Source of the DNA: Patescibacteria group bacterium
GTDB lineage: Bacteria > Patescibacteriota > Patescibacteriia > UBA10025 > JAHIVO01
Length of the DNA: 64,000 nt
Reading direction: 5' to 3'
Assembly (NCBI GenBank): GCA_049325535.1
Contig: JBMOKY010000001.1
Location: forward strand, 621,942 to 685,941
The translations under genes and the position numbers were made by a program. Position 1 is the first letter of the stretch. Every line of letters begins with the position of its first letter. Positions 1 through 8,261 of the stretch are shown here, one piece after another. The notes under the pieces are model-generated. The model ran no database searches. It was not told where the DNA came from and was given only the letters and a program-made list of their open reading frames with translations.

Positions 1-31
1 TCACCCTGCGTCTTTTTTTGGAGAGAGTATG

Positions 32-1045
32 TTACCACTTAAGACCACCAGTTTTGTACTCGGTTACTCGCGTTTCAAAAAAATTTTTCTCCTTGCGCAA
101 GTCGATAACTTCGCTCATCCACGGAAAAGGGTTTTCTGACCCATACACTTTCGGTAAATGAATACGCTCAAGTCGTCGGTCGGCAATATATTCAATATAC
201 TGCCGAATAGTGCCTGCATTCAGGCCCAATATACCTCGCGGAAGGCAGTCTTTCGCATAGGCATCCTCAAGTTCCACGGCGTGAGTAATGTTTTTTGTGA
301 TAATCGATTTGAAATCCTCGGTCCATATTTCCGGATTTTCTTGAACGATGGTATTAATCAAATCAACCCCAAATGCCAAATGCACCGATTCATCGCGCAG
401 GATGAATTGAAATTGCTCCCCTACCCCGACCATCTTATTTTGGCGCATGAATGAAAGCATCATGACGAAGCCGGCGTAGAAAAAAATACCTTCCATGATG
501 ACGTAAAATCCGACCAAATCGTGGACGAAGCGGCGGATATTTTCCGTCCCCTGCGTACTAAAATTCGGATCGAGAATTGATTTCGTCATATCAACCACAA
601 AATCATCCTTGTCTTTGATGCTCGGAATTTTATTATACATCGTGTACACCTCTTCCGGATCGAGTCCCAGTGTATCACAACAGTAGATAAATGTATCCGT
701 ATGCACCGCCTCTTCATAGGCTTGTCGCAGCAAATACTGGCGGCATTCGGGATTGGTAATATGCCGGTAAATTATTAAAACGATGTTATTTGCCGTCAGG
801 CTTTCGGCCGTAGAAAAAAACCCCATATTCCACATGACCAAGCGCCGCTCATCCGGACTGAGCACATCTGGACTGTTCCACATTTCTACGTCTTTCTGCA
901 TGTTCACTTCCTCCGGCACCCAATTATTAGCCACGCCATTTTTATAATGGTCCCGCGCCCATAAATATTTCATGGGTAAAATCTTGTTTGGATCAGTGAC
1001 GGCACAGTTAAGAATCTTTTTTTCTTCTTGGGCTTGTTCTGTCAT
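32..1045 (-). CDS. nrdB: Ribonucleotide reductase beta subunit, class Ic (R2c, Mn/Fe) type
   Basis: Ferritin-like R2 motifs FSTAESL, EEAVHTDTF, MEGIFFY, RDESVH and C-terminal NFFETRVTEY. First ligand is Glu and the radical-Tyr position is Phe. Start moved to MTEQ (1045) to avoid overlap with nrdA. Confidence 0.95.
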   Translation of the reverse strand: MTEQAQEEKKILNCAVTDPNKILPMKYLWARDHYKNGVANNWVPEEVNMQKDVEMWNSPDVLSPDERRLVMWNMGFFSTAESLTANNIVLIIYRHITNPECRQYLLRQAYEEAVHTDTFIYCCDTLGLDPEEVYTMYNKIPSIKDKDDFVVDMTKSILDPNFSTQGTENIRRFVHDLVGFYVIMEGIFFYAGFVMMLSFMRQNKMVGVGEQFQFILRDESVHLAFGVDLINTIVQENPEIWTEDFKSIITKNITHAVELEDAYAKDCLPRGILGLNAGTIRQYIEYIADRRLERIHLPKVYGSENPFPWMSEVIDLRKEKNFFETRVTEYKTGGLKW

Positions 1046-1070
1046 ACTGTTCTGATTTAGTGATAAATAA

Positions 1071-3890
1071 CTATTGGCAGGCTTCACATTCCTCATCATT
1101 GACTGCCGCGCTTGGTACGGCTACGGGTACACGAGTCATGATTGAGGCTGGCGGTGCCACGGGCGCGGCGGTCGGCATTTGCGGGGACGCTGACTGGATC
1201 GGAGCAGCCACACGAATGGCCGCAGGTGCCTCGAACTTTTTATTGATGTCTAATGTTGATTTTTCAATAGCCGATGCGCCCAGCGTCCGCAGGTAATACG
1301 TAGTTTTCAGCCCCATTTTCCAGGCAGTCAAGTATATGTCAGATATCATCGATCCTGAATCAGAGCTGGTGAAGATATTGACTGACTGACTTTGATCTAT
1401 CCACTTACCGCGGTATGCGGCATGTTTCACAATCCAGAATGTATCCGTCTCGAAAACCTCCTTATATTTTGCTTTCAGGTCGGCAGGTATCTCAGTAATC
1501 CGCTGAATACTGCCGTCGAAATACTTTATCTTTTCCAGCATTTCTTGACCCCATAAACCGAGCCGTTTCAAATCCTCGACGAGGTAGCGATTAACGACGG
1601 TAAATTCACCACTGACATTTGATTTCACGTACAGATTTTTGTAGATAGGCTCAATCGATGGGAGGCAGCCGGTAATATTCGCGATCGTGGCAGTCGGCGC
1701 GATAGCCAAACAGTTTGAATTGCGCATACCGTGCTCTTTGACGTGTTTGCGAACCGGTTCCCAATCAAGCGCGGCGGTCTGTGACACTCCCGTGACCATG
1801 CCTCGCTCCTCCTCCAGGAGCTTCAGGGTATCAATGGGGAAAAGATTTCTGTCCCATTTGGATCCTGCATACGTCTGATACGTCCCTCGTTCTTTCGCCA
1901 GTTCTGAAGAGCCTAGAATAGCGTAGTACGAGATAAACTCCATAATGTGATCAGCGAGCTCCACTGCTTCATCACTATCAAATGTCATATTTAATTCATA
2001 CAATACGTCCTGGAAGCCCATCACGCCAAGTCCAACCGGACGATGCTTGAAATTTGAGTGTTTCGCCTCTTTGGTCGGATAAAAATTCAAATCAATGACA
2101 TTGTCCAGCATGCGCATCGCTACCCGCACCGTCTGCCGCATCTGATCCTTATCCAGTTCCCCACTGACGATGTGCCGCGGTAAATTAATTGATCCAAGAT
2201 TACATACGGCCGTTTCCTCCTTTGACGTATTGAGGGTAATTTCAGTACACAGGTTTGAGCTATGCACCACGCCGACATGATCCTGAGGTGAACGAACATT
2301 ACAGGGATCCTTAAAAGTGATCCATGGGTGACCAGTTTCAAACATCATGGTGATGATTTTTCGCCACAGTTTGATTGCCGGCATCCGTTTGAAGAGGCGT
2401 ATTTCACCCGCATCCGCTTTGCGTTCATACTCAATATACCGGCGCTCAAATTCCCGGCCATAGACATGGTGTAAATCAGGCGTTTCATCAGTAGAAAAAA
2501 GCGTCCATTGTTCATTATTCAGCACTCGTTTCATGAATAAATCCGGTATCCAGTTTGCGGTATTGATGTCGTGAGTACGGCGTCGTTCATCACCTGTATT
2601 TTTTCGTAATTCAAGAAATGACTCGATATCATAGTGCCACGTCTCGAGATAGACGCACGTAGCCCCACGACGCTTACCGCTTCGGTTGATGGCTGCGGTG
2701 GTCGAATCGACAATCTTTAAAAACGGTATGACACCCTGGCTGCCTACGTTCGTCGACTTTATCAGCGAACCGGTACCGCGAATGTTTGTCCAATCATTAC
2801 CGAGCCCTCCTGACCACTTCGAAAGCTGTGCATTATCACCAATGCATTTGAAAATGTGATCAAGGTCATCTTCAACTGTCGTCAAATAACATGAACTCAT
2901 CTGTGGATGATGGGTACCCGCGTGGAACAAAGTCGGGGTTGATGGAACGTACAGCATTTGAGATATTATTTCGTAAAACTCGGTGGCTCGTTTTTCCTTT
3001 TCCAACTCATTCAGCGACAGCCCCATGGCGATGCGCATCCAAAAATACTGAGGAGTTTCTAAAATTTGCTGTTCATGCGTGCGAACAAAATAGCGATCAT
3101 ATAGCGTCTGGGCGCCCAGATACATGAATAAATTATCACGCTCAGGCTTGATGGCAGCTTGTAATATTTCCATGTCAAAATTGAGTAACCGCGGGTCATA
3201 ACGACCGGCAGCTACCCCTTCATTTATTTTTTTTGCCAATGTGGTGCGATAGACTGACTCAAAATGTGGATCAGAAATATCCGTCCCGAGTACTTCGGTA
3301 TACAAATCATTAAACAAAAAACGCGCAGCTAACGATGAGTATCCCGGATCTCGTTCGATGCGCCCCTTGATGGCCATCAGCACCGCTTTATTGATCTCTT
3401 TAGTGGTGATTCCGTCATGCACGTTTGCCAGCGACTCTTCCACGATCTCATGTATTGCCTCCCGATTGAGATGACCATTACATTTTAACACCGCGGTTTC
3501 TATCTGCCTGATATCAAAATCAGCCACACTACCATCGCGCTTTCGCACCTTAAGCTGGCGGGCTTTGGCCCGGTCGTACAGCTCTTTACGAAGCTGTTCT
3601 CGCGCCTGTTCTCGTTCCCGACGGTATATAATATATGCCTTTGAAACGTCAAAATAACCCCGCTCAGCTATTTTCCGCTCAACGATGTCCTGAATATCCT
3701 CGACGCCCGGCACCCGATCTCCATATCGGGTTTCCAGTAGACTAATGACGTCATCAGTTATAGAAATTATTATCTCATCTGTATATTCCGTTTCCGTAGC
3801 CGTAAATGCCTTCCGAATAGCTGATTCAATACGCGACCGATCAAAAGGCACAATTGTACCGACCCGCTTTTTTACCTGTGCTATTGCCAT
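1071..3890 (-). CDS. nrdA: Ribonucleotide reductase alpha subunit with two N-terminal ATP-cones
   Basis: Two ATP-cone starts (VKKRVGTIVPFD, VRKRDGSVADFD), PSTPTLFHAG, SSCYL, SNLCTEI, APTAT, KTTYY, C-terminal CEAC. Confidence 0.97.
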   Translation of the reverse strand: MAIAQVKKRVGTIVPFDRSRIESAIRKAFTATETEYTDEIIISITDDVISLLETRYGDRVPGVEDIQDIVERKIAERGYFDVSKAYIIYRREREQAREQLRKELYDRAKARQLKVRKRDGSVADFDIRQIETAVLKCNGHLNREAIHEIVEESLANVHDGITTKEINKAVLMAIKGRIERDPGYSSLAARFLFNDLYTEVLGTDISDPHFESVYRTTLAKKINEGVAAGRYDPRLLNFDMEILQAAIKPERDNLFMYLGAQTLYDRYFVRTHEQQILETPQYFWMRIAMGLSLNELEKEKRATEFYEIISQMLYVPSTPTLFHAGTHHPQMSSCYLTTVEDDLDHIFKCIGDNAQLSKWSGGLGNDWTNIRGTGSLIKSTNVGSQGVIPFLKIVDSTTAAINRSGKRRGATCVYLETWHYDIESFLELRKNTGDERRRTHDINTANWIPDLFMKRVLNNEQWTLFSTDETPDLHHVYGREFERRYIEYERKADAGEIRLFKRMPAIKLWRKIITMMFETGHPWITFKDPCNVRSPQDHVGVVHSSNLCTEITLNTSKEETAVCNLGSINLPRHIVSGELDKDQMRQTVRVAMRMLDNVIDLNFYPTKEAKHSNFKHRPVGLGVMGFQDVLYELNMTFDSDEAVELADHIMEFISYYAILGSSELAKERGTYQTYAGSKWDRNLFPIDTLKLLEEERGMVTGVSQTAALDWEPVRKHVKEHGMRNSNCLAIAPTATIANITGCLPSIEPIYKNLYVKSNVSGEFTVVNRYLVEDLKRLGLWGQEMLEKIKYFDGSIQRITEIPADLKAKYKEVFETDTFWIVKHAAYRGKWIDQSQSVNIFTSSDSGSMISDIYLTAWKMGLKTTYYLRTLGASAIEKSTLDINKKFEAPAAIRVAAPIQSASPQMPTAAPVAPPASIMTRVPVAVPSAAVNDEECEACQ

Positions 3891-4100
3891 AGTATTTATT
3901 TTTATTACTCAGTTTGAGAAAGTAATTGACCTGGCTCACATGCCTATAATCGAATAATTGCACGGTACAAACTCCGCCGAGACAAAAAAGCCCCGCTGTC
4001 ACTGCCATGACTCCCAGCCTTCCATGATCTACTCCGCCTGCCTCCAGTATATTTCTCTAGTTTTTGATTTTTATGAAATAGAGCGTATACGTGCATATAC

Positions 4101-4129
4101 AGTATAGCGCATCCAAACAGAAAACTCAA
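4101..4129 (-). promoter_or_regulatory. Putative sigma70 promoter for nrdAB
   Basis: TTGAGT-17 bp-TATACT on the minus strand. Confidence 0.5.
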
Positions 4130-4130
4130 C

Positions 4131-4139
4131 TGTGGATAA
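4131..4139. promoter_or_regulatory. DnaA box
   Basis: Perfect TGTGGATAA (= TTATCCACA) upstream of nrdA. Confidence 0.6.
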
Positions 4140-4186
4140 ACTACATGTAGTATCATATGTGTAATAGATAACACTATAGATAGTAT
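4138..4186. promoter_or_regulatory. Tandem NrdR-like boxes
   Basis: AAACTACATGTAGTAT (4138-4153) and ACACTATAGATAGTAT (4171-4186), 33 bp apart, both resembling the acaCwAtATaTwGtg NrdR consensus, upstream of nrdAB. Confidence 0.7.
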
Positions 4187-4269
4187 ATTTAAGCTAATGA
4201 TAGCCAATATCATTATAGAATTCTTGGGCGTATCGTTTTCTCGATGCATAAAAAATCGCGTACCACCAT

Positions 4270-4365
4270 AAAAAAATGTGGCGTACGTTACTGAGCCATG
4301 GGTACACCTAAGGCTGTGGCAGGGCTGGATTCGAACCCGCACACAATAATTTGCCCTGCGCCACA
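4270..4365 (-). ncRNA. Candidate tRNA-like (T-loop) structured RNA or refolded tRNA-Gln 3' remnant
   Basis: GGGTTCGAATCC T-loop inside a CAGGGC/GCCCTG stem, closed by TGTGGCG/CGCCACA and followed by T7. Confidence 0.45.
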
Positions 4366-4397
4366 ATAACGCGGTAAATATCCATTCTCATTCTCTA

Positions 4398-4468
4398 CTG
4401 CCGGGGCAGGAATCGAACCTACATACTGGGCTTCAAAGGCCCATGTCCTACCATTAGACGACCCGGCA
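4398..4468 (-). tRNA. tRNA-Gln(TTG), CCA not encoded
   Basis: Cloverleaf: acceptor TGCCGGG/CCCGGCA, anticodon loop CTTTGAA, T-loop TTCGATT. Confidence 0.96.
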
Positions 4469-4497
4469 GCAGAGAATGTAATGTTATTTTTTGAGTT

Positions 4498-4620
4498 TCC
4501 TACACACCCTCTAGAAATAAATCACATTTCGAGACGATGCGACGACCTGCCTGCTATGCACGCAGCTCCCCCACTTCTATCGACCCCTCTGTAGGATACC
4601 ACCAAAAAATAGCGGCGTAC
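4498..4620 (-). ncRNA. Candidate structured RNA or leader upstream of tRNA-Gln
   Basis: Nested stems TCCTACA/TGTAGGA and TAGAAGTGG/TTATTTCTA, inner hairpins CTGC/GCAG and TCGCAT/ATGTGA, directly after a sigma70 promoter. Confidence 0.4.
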
Positions 4621-4623
4621 CGT

Positions 4624-4652
4624 ATTGTAGGACGAGTCGGGCAAGACGTCAA
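4624..4652 (-). promoter_or_regulatory. sigma70 promoter for the ncRNA/tRNA-Gln transcript
   Basis: TTGACG-17 bp-TACAAT. Confidence 0.65.
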
Positions 4653-4664
4653 ACGAGGTAATCG

Positions 4665-5579
4665 CTAAACTTTCAGATATCGACCGATGGCTATACTTGA
4701 ACTGATTCCACTCAATAATATGGCGAAGAGAAGCTGCAAACCTGCCAGCATGACCAAATTATCATTGACATACTGAATCATGTCCAGATCATACCCCTCA
4801 AAAAAAGAATTTAGCTGCGGCGCAATTACATTCAGTACCGGATACAGAATGAGCAGCGTGATGATCACCGCTACAATAGCATATAAAAATGTTTCGATGA
4901 TAAATGGCATGCGCACAAAGGCATTGCTCCCGCCCACCAGTTTCATGATGCCGATTTCTTCACGATGGGTATAAATATTTATGCGAATCGTGTTGAAAAT
5001 TATGAGTACTGCTATCAGCACAAAAATGCCGCTGACGATTATACCGACTTGCTCAATCCGGTTAGAAACGTCAGACAAACGTTCGATGACCGTTTGGTTA
5101 TTGTCAAAACTACGCTCCTCTATGAGCGCATCGTATTGTGGCTGATCTAAAATATCAATGATAGCGCTATACTCATCAATCGACGAAGCTTTAATGACAA
5201 TTGTTGCGCTGAGCGGATTCTCCTCAAGCTGGTCTATCGCATCAAGTATCACCGAATCGTCCTCGTGCTGCTTTCTGAACTTTTCTAGTGCATCATCCTT
5301 CGAAACATAAACTACCTCCTTGACTTGTGGCAGCGCCAGCAGCGTATCGCGGACGGCTATCGCATCTTGCTCAGCGGTATCCTGTTTAAAATAAATCGAA
5401 ACATCGACTCTGTCTTGAACCGAGCTAATTGCTTGATCGGCTACTACATTGATCCCCGCCACCATGGTGATGGAGAATAGCGTTAAGACCAAAATAATAA
5501 TGGTTACGATAGACAGCCAAAAATTTCTGAAAAAACCCTGTATGGCGAATTTGATTGTGCGTGTGAGAAATAACAACAT
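4665..5579 (-). CDS. ftsX: Cell division permease FtsX
   Basis: 4-TM FtsX layout, IFNTIRINIYTHREEIGIMKLVGG motif, adjacent to ftsE. Confidence 0.93.
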   Translation of the reverse strand: MLLFLTRTIKFAIQGFFRNFWLSIVTIIILVLTLFSITMVAGINVVADQAISSVQDRVDVSIYFKQDTAEQDAIAVRDTLLALPQVKEVVYVSKDDALEKFRKQHEDDSVILDAIDQLEENPLSATIVIKASSIDEYSAIIDILDQPQYDALIEERSFDNNQTVIERLSDVSNRIEQVGIIVSGIFVLIAVLIIFNTIRINIYTHREEIGIMKLVGGSNAFVRMPFIIETFLYAIVAVIITLLILYPVLNVIAPQLNSFFEGYDLDMIQYVNDNLVMLAGLQLLFAILLSGISSSIAIGRYLKV

Positions 5580-5582
5580 ACG

Positions 5583-6263
5583 TTACAAAATATATTTACC
5601 GCTCTGCTGATCTGAAATGATACTCCCCTGGTCGACGGTAATCACCCGTTTACGCAGTGCATTGACCACTTCACGGTTATGGGTTACCAGCACCACCGTG
5701 GTGCCAAACTCATTTATTTTTTTCAGCAAATTAATGATTTCCTGCGAATTGATGGAGTCTAAATTTCCGGTCGGCTCATCAGCTACCAGTATTTTTGGTC
5801 GATGGACGAGCGCTCGGGCAATGGCCGTCCGCTGCTGTTCGCCACCCGACAACTGCTGAGGAAATCGATCACGTTTCTGGTCGAGTCCCACTATTTTCAA
5901 AACTTGTGGGACGATTTCATTGATGCGCTTACTCTTCGCGCCGGCTACCTCCAAACCAAATGACACATTTTCAAAAACCGTTTTTCGAGGGAGAAGTTTG
6001 AAATCCTGAAAGATAACTCCGATTTGCCTCCGGAGAATGGGAATTTCACTTGATTTAATGCCGGTAATATCCCAATCGCCAATAATCACCCGGCCTTTAC
6101 TGGGCCGCTCTTCAGCGATTATCATTTTGACCAGGGTAGTTTTCCCGGTTCCGGATTGGCCAACGACCGACACAAATTCGCCCGGTTTTATGTGCAGATT
6201 CACATTCTTCAGGGCGTACGTGTCGGGTGGATAAATTTTTGATACGTTTTTGAATCGAATCAT
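5583..6263 (-). CDS. ftsE: Cell division ATP-binding protein FtsE
   Basis: Walker [41 protein letters not shown]. Confidence 0.94.
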   Translation of the reverse strand: MIRFKNVSKIYPPDTYALKNVNLHIKPGEFVSVVGQSGTGKTTLVKMIIAEERPSKGRVIIGDWDITGIKSSEIPILRRQIGVIFQDFKLLPRKTVFENVSFGLEVAGAKSKRINEIVPQVLKIVGLDQKRDRFPQQLSGGEQQRTAIARALVHRPKILVADEPTGNLDSINSQEIINLLKKINEFGTTVVLVTHNREVVNALRKRVITVDQGSIISDQQSGKYIL

Positions 6264-6278
6264 GCGTTAAAAAATCCC

Positions 6279-7583
6279 TCACTCATATTTTAGCGCATCT
6301 ATAGGATCAAGTCGAGCAGCCCGAATGGCGGGCGCTACGCCAAAAAATACGCCGACCACCACTGTAAAAACAAATGCTAATAATATTGTTTCCACAGAAA
6401 TTATTGCCGCGAGGCCAATCTGAGCCTGCAGGATAGCACCGGTAACGAACGCCAGAGAAACACCGATTGCGCCTCCTAAAAAAGTTAAAAATATTGCTTC
6501 AACGAGAAATTGAACCAATATATCACTTCCAGAAGCTCCAATAGCTTTACGCAACCCGATTTCCTTGATCCGCTCGGTCACTGAAACAAGCATAATATTC
6601 ATTACCCCGATCCCTCCGACCAGCAACGAAATGGCTGCGATACCGGTCAACATGGATGTGATAATGCCCAACACCTGATCAAAAACGCTCAAGATATCCT
6701 CCTGAGTCAAAACACTGAAGTCGTCCACACCTTCATGGTTCGTAAGCAATGCCCGCTCAACCTGGCTTTTTAATTGGTTAATGTCGTTGGTATCCTCGGC
6801 TGTGAGAACAATGCGAGTAATCTGAACGGACTCGTTAACCGATTTTGCTGTCGAATAAGGGATAATAATTACATTTGAAAACTGATTGGTTGCACTGAGC
6901 AGACTGTCAGCATCCTGTTTTGCCTCGAGTAAACCAACTATCGTAAAGGCTTCCTTTCCGATGTATACCGTATTGCCGATAGTGTCACTGTAGGATTGTC
7001 CGGGAAACAGCTGGTCAATGGCCCCCGAATATCCGACGGCAACCCGGGCACCGGCCTCATACTCCTCCTGGGTGAACATACGACCATACTCCTGACCTTC
7101 CGTCATCTGCCCGGTAAATGCGGTACGAACGTCAATCGTGCTGCCAATCACCATAATTGGCGAGCCCGTCGCGGCGGCGGACGGGACTGGACCCTCGTTT
7201 GTCGGCAAGGAGACAGGAATTTTTGGTTCAGTTGCCGATGCGGGTATTGACAGCATAGCCATCGGTACCACATTTTTTACCCCATCAAGCCCATTCAAAA
7301 CTTCCAGGTCGGACTCAGTTAGCGTGCTGGAACCTACGAAGCTGGCTCCCGAAGTGGCGCCGGATGAACTGTCGATTTTCCCCGACGCGATGAAAAGCAG
7401 GTTTGAGCCCAATCCTTCGATTTGACCAGTCACTTCCTGCTTCACTCCTTCACCAATAGATACCAGCATGACGATGGCGTACACACCAATAATAACACCG
7501 AGCATGGTTAGAAATGAGCGAGTTTTCTTTGACCAGACGGCGGCCAATGCCAAACGAATATTTTCAAGTATTTTTATAAACAT
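6279..7583 (-). CDS. MacB/FtsX-family ABC transporter permease
   Basis: RSFLTMLGVIIG N-terminus; ISLLVGGIGVMNIMLVSVTERIKEIGLRKAIGA; PAIRAARLDPIDALKYE. Confidence 0.9.
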   Translation of the reverse strand: MFIKILENIRLALAAVWSKKTRSFLTMLGVIIGVYAIVMLVSIGEGVKQEVTGQIEGLGSNLLFIASGKIDSSSGATSGASFVGSSTLTESDLEVLNGLDGVKNVVPMAMLSIPASATEPKIPVSLPTNEGPVPSAAATGSPIMVIGSTIDVRTAFTGQMTEGQEYGRMFTQEEYEAGARVAVGYSGAIDQLFPGQSYSDTIGNTVYIGKEAFTIVGLLEAKQDADSLLSATNQFSNVIIIPYSTAKSVNESVQITRIVLTAEDTNDINQLKSQVERALLTNHEGVDDFSVLTQEDILSVFDQVLGIITSMLTGIAAISLLVGGIGVMNIMLVSVTERIKEIGLRKAIGASGSDILVQFLVEAIFLTFLGGAIGVSLAFVTGAILQAQIGLAAIISVETILLAFVFTVVVGVFFGVAPAIRAARLDPIDALKYE

Positions 7584-7585
7584 AG

Positions 7586-8257
7586 CTATGATCCGATTAT
7601 GCCATCAATAATTCTAATAGTTCGTGTAGTCTGCTCGGCGACTGACGGATCATGGGTGACGAGGATAATCGTGACCCCTTTGGCATTGAGCGCACGCAGT
7701 ACGTCCATCACCTGAGCGCCATTTTTTGAATCCAAATTGCCCGTCGGTTCATCAGCTAATATAATTGACGGATGCGTAATCAAGGCACGGGCAATGGCCA
7801 CTCGCTGCTGCTCGCCGCCCGACAGCATGGCTGGACGGCTTTTAAATTTTTCAGCCAGTCCCACCTGGGTCAATACTTCCCGCGCGCGCCGTCGGCGTTC
7901 TGTAAGCTTCACCCCCTGGTATATCAGTGGGAGTTCCACATTCGCCTGGGCGGTCAGTCGCGGTAATAAATTATAATTCTGAAAAACAAATCCGATTTTG
8001 TGCCGCCTGATCTTCACCAGTTCTGAGCTGGATTGGTCAGAAACAAGCTCACCAGCAAAATAATATTCACCAGAGGTGGGCCGATCGAGACAGCCTAAAA
8101 TATTCATCAGTGTCGACTTACCTGATCCTGACACGCCCATCACCGCTACAAATTCACCCTGTTCCACAGCCAAGCTGATGCCGTGCAATGCGGTATACTG
8201 CTGCTCCTTATTTTTACCGTAGGTTTTTACTACTTTTTTTAATTCAATGAGTGCCAT
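7586..8257 (-). CDS. LolD/MacB-type ABC ATP-binding protein
   Basis: [33 protein letters not shown]; start taken at MALIELK. Confidence 0.92.
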   Translation of the reverse strand: MALIELKKVVKTYGKNKEQQYTALHGISLAVEQGEFVAVMGVSGSGKSTLMNILGCLDRPTSGEYYFAGELVSDQSSSELVKIRRHKIGFVFQNYNLLPRLTAQANVELPLIYQGVKLTERRRRAREVLTQVGLAEKFKSRPAMLSGGEQQRVAIARALITHPSIILADEPTGNLDSKNGAQVMDVLRALNAKGVTIILVTHDPSVAEQTTRTIRIIDGIIGS

Positions 8258-8261
8258 AGGT

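Noticed and set aside
3900-4060. Cobalamin riboswitch in the nrdA leader (GGAAGG and GAGCCAGG fragments)
   Set aside because: Core elements (GCCCCCGC/ACTGT, GCCACTG, AGACC) are missing or out of order; a cmscan would be needed to exclude it fully.
3944-4366. 140-aa minus-strand ORF
   Set aside because: Runs through the promoter, NrdR/DnaA boxes and structured RNA; no recognisable motif.
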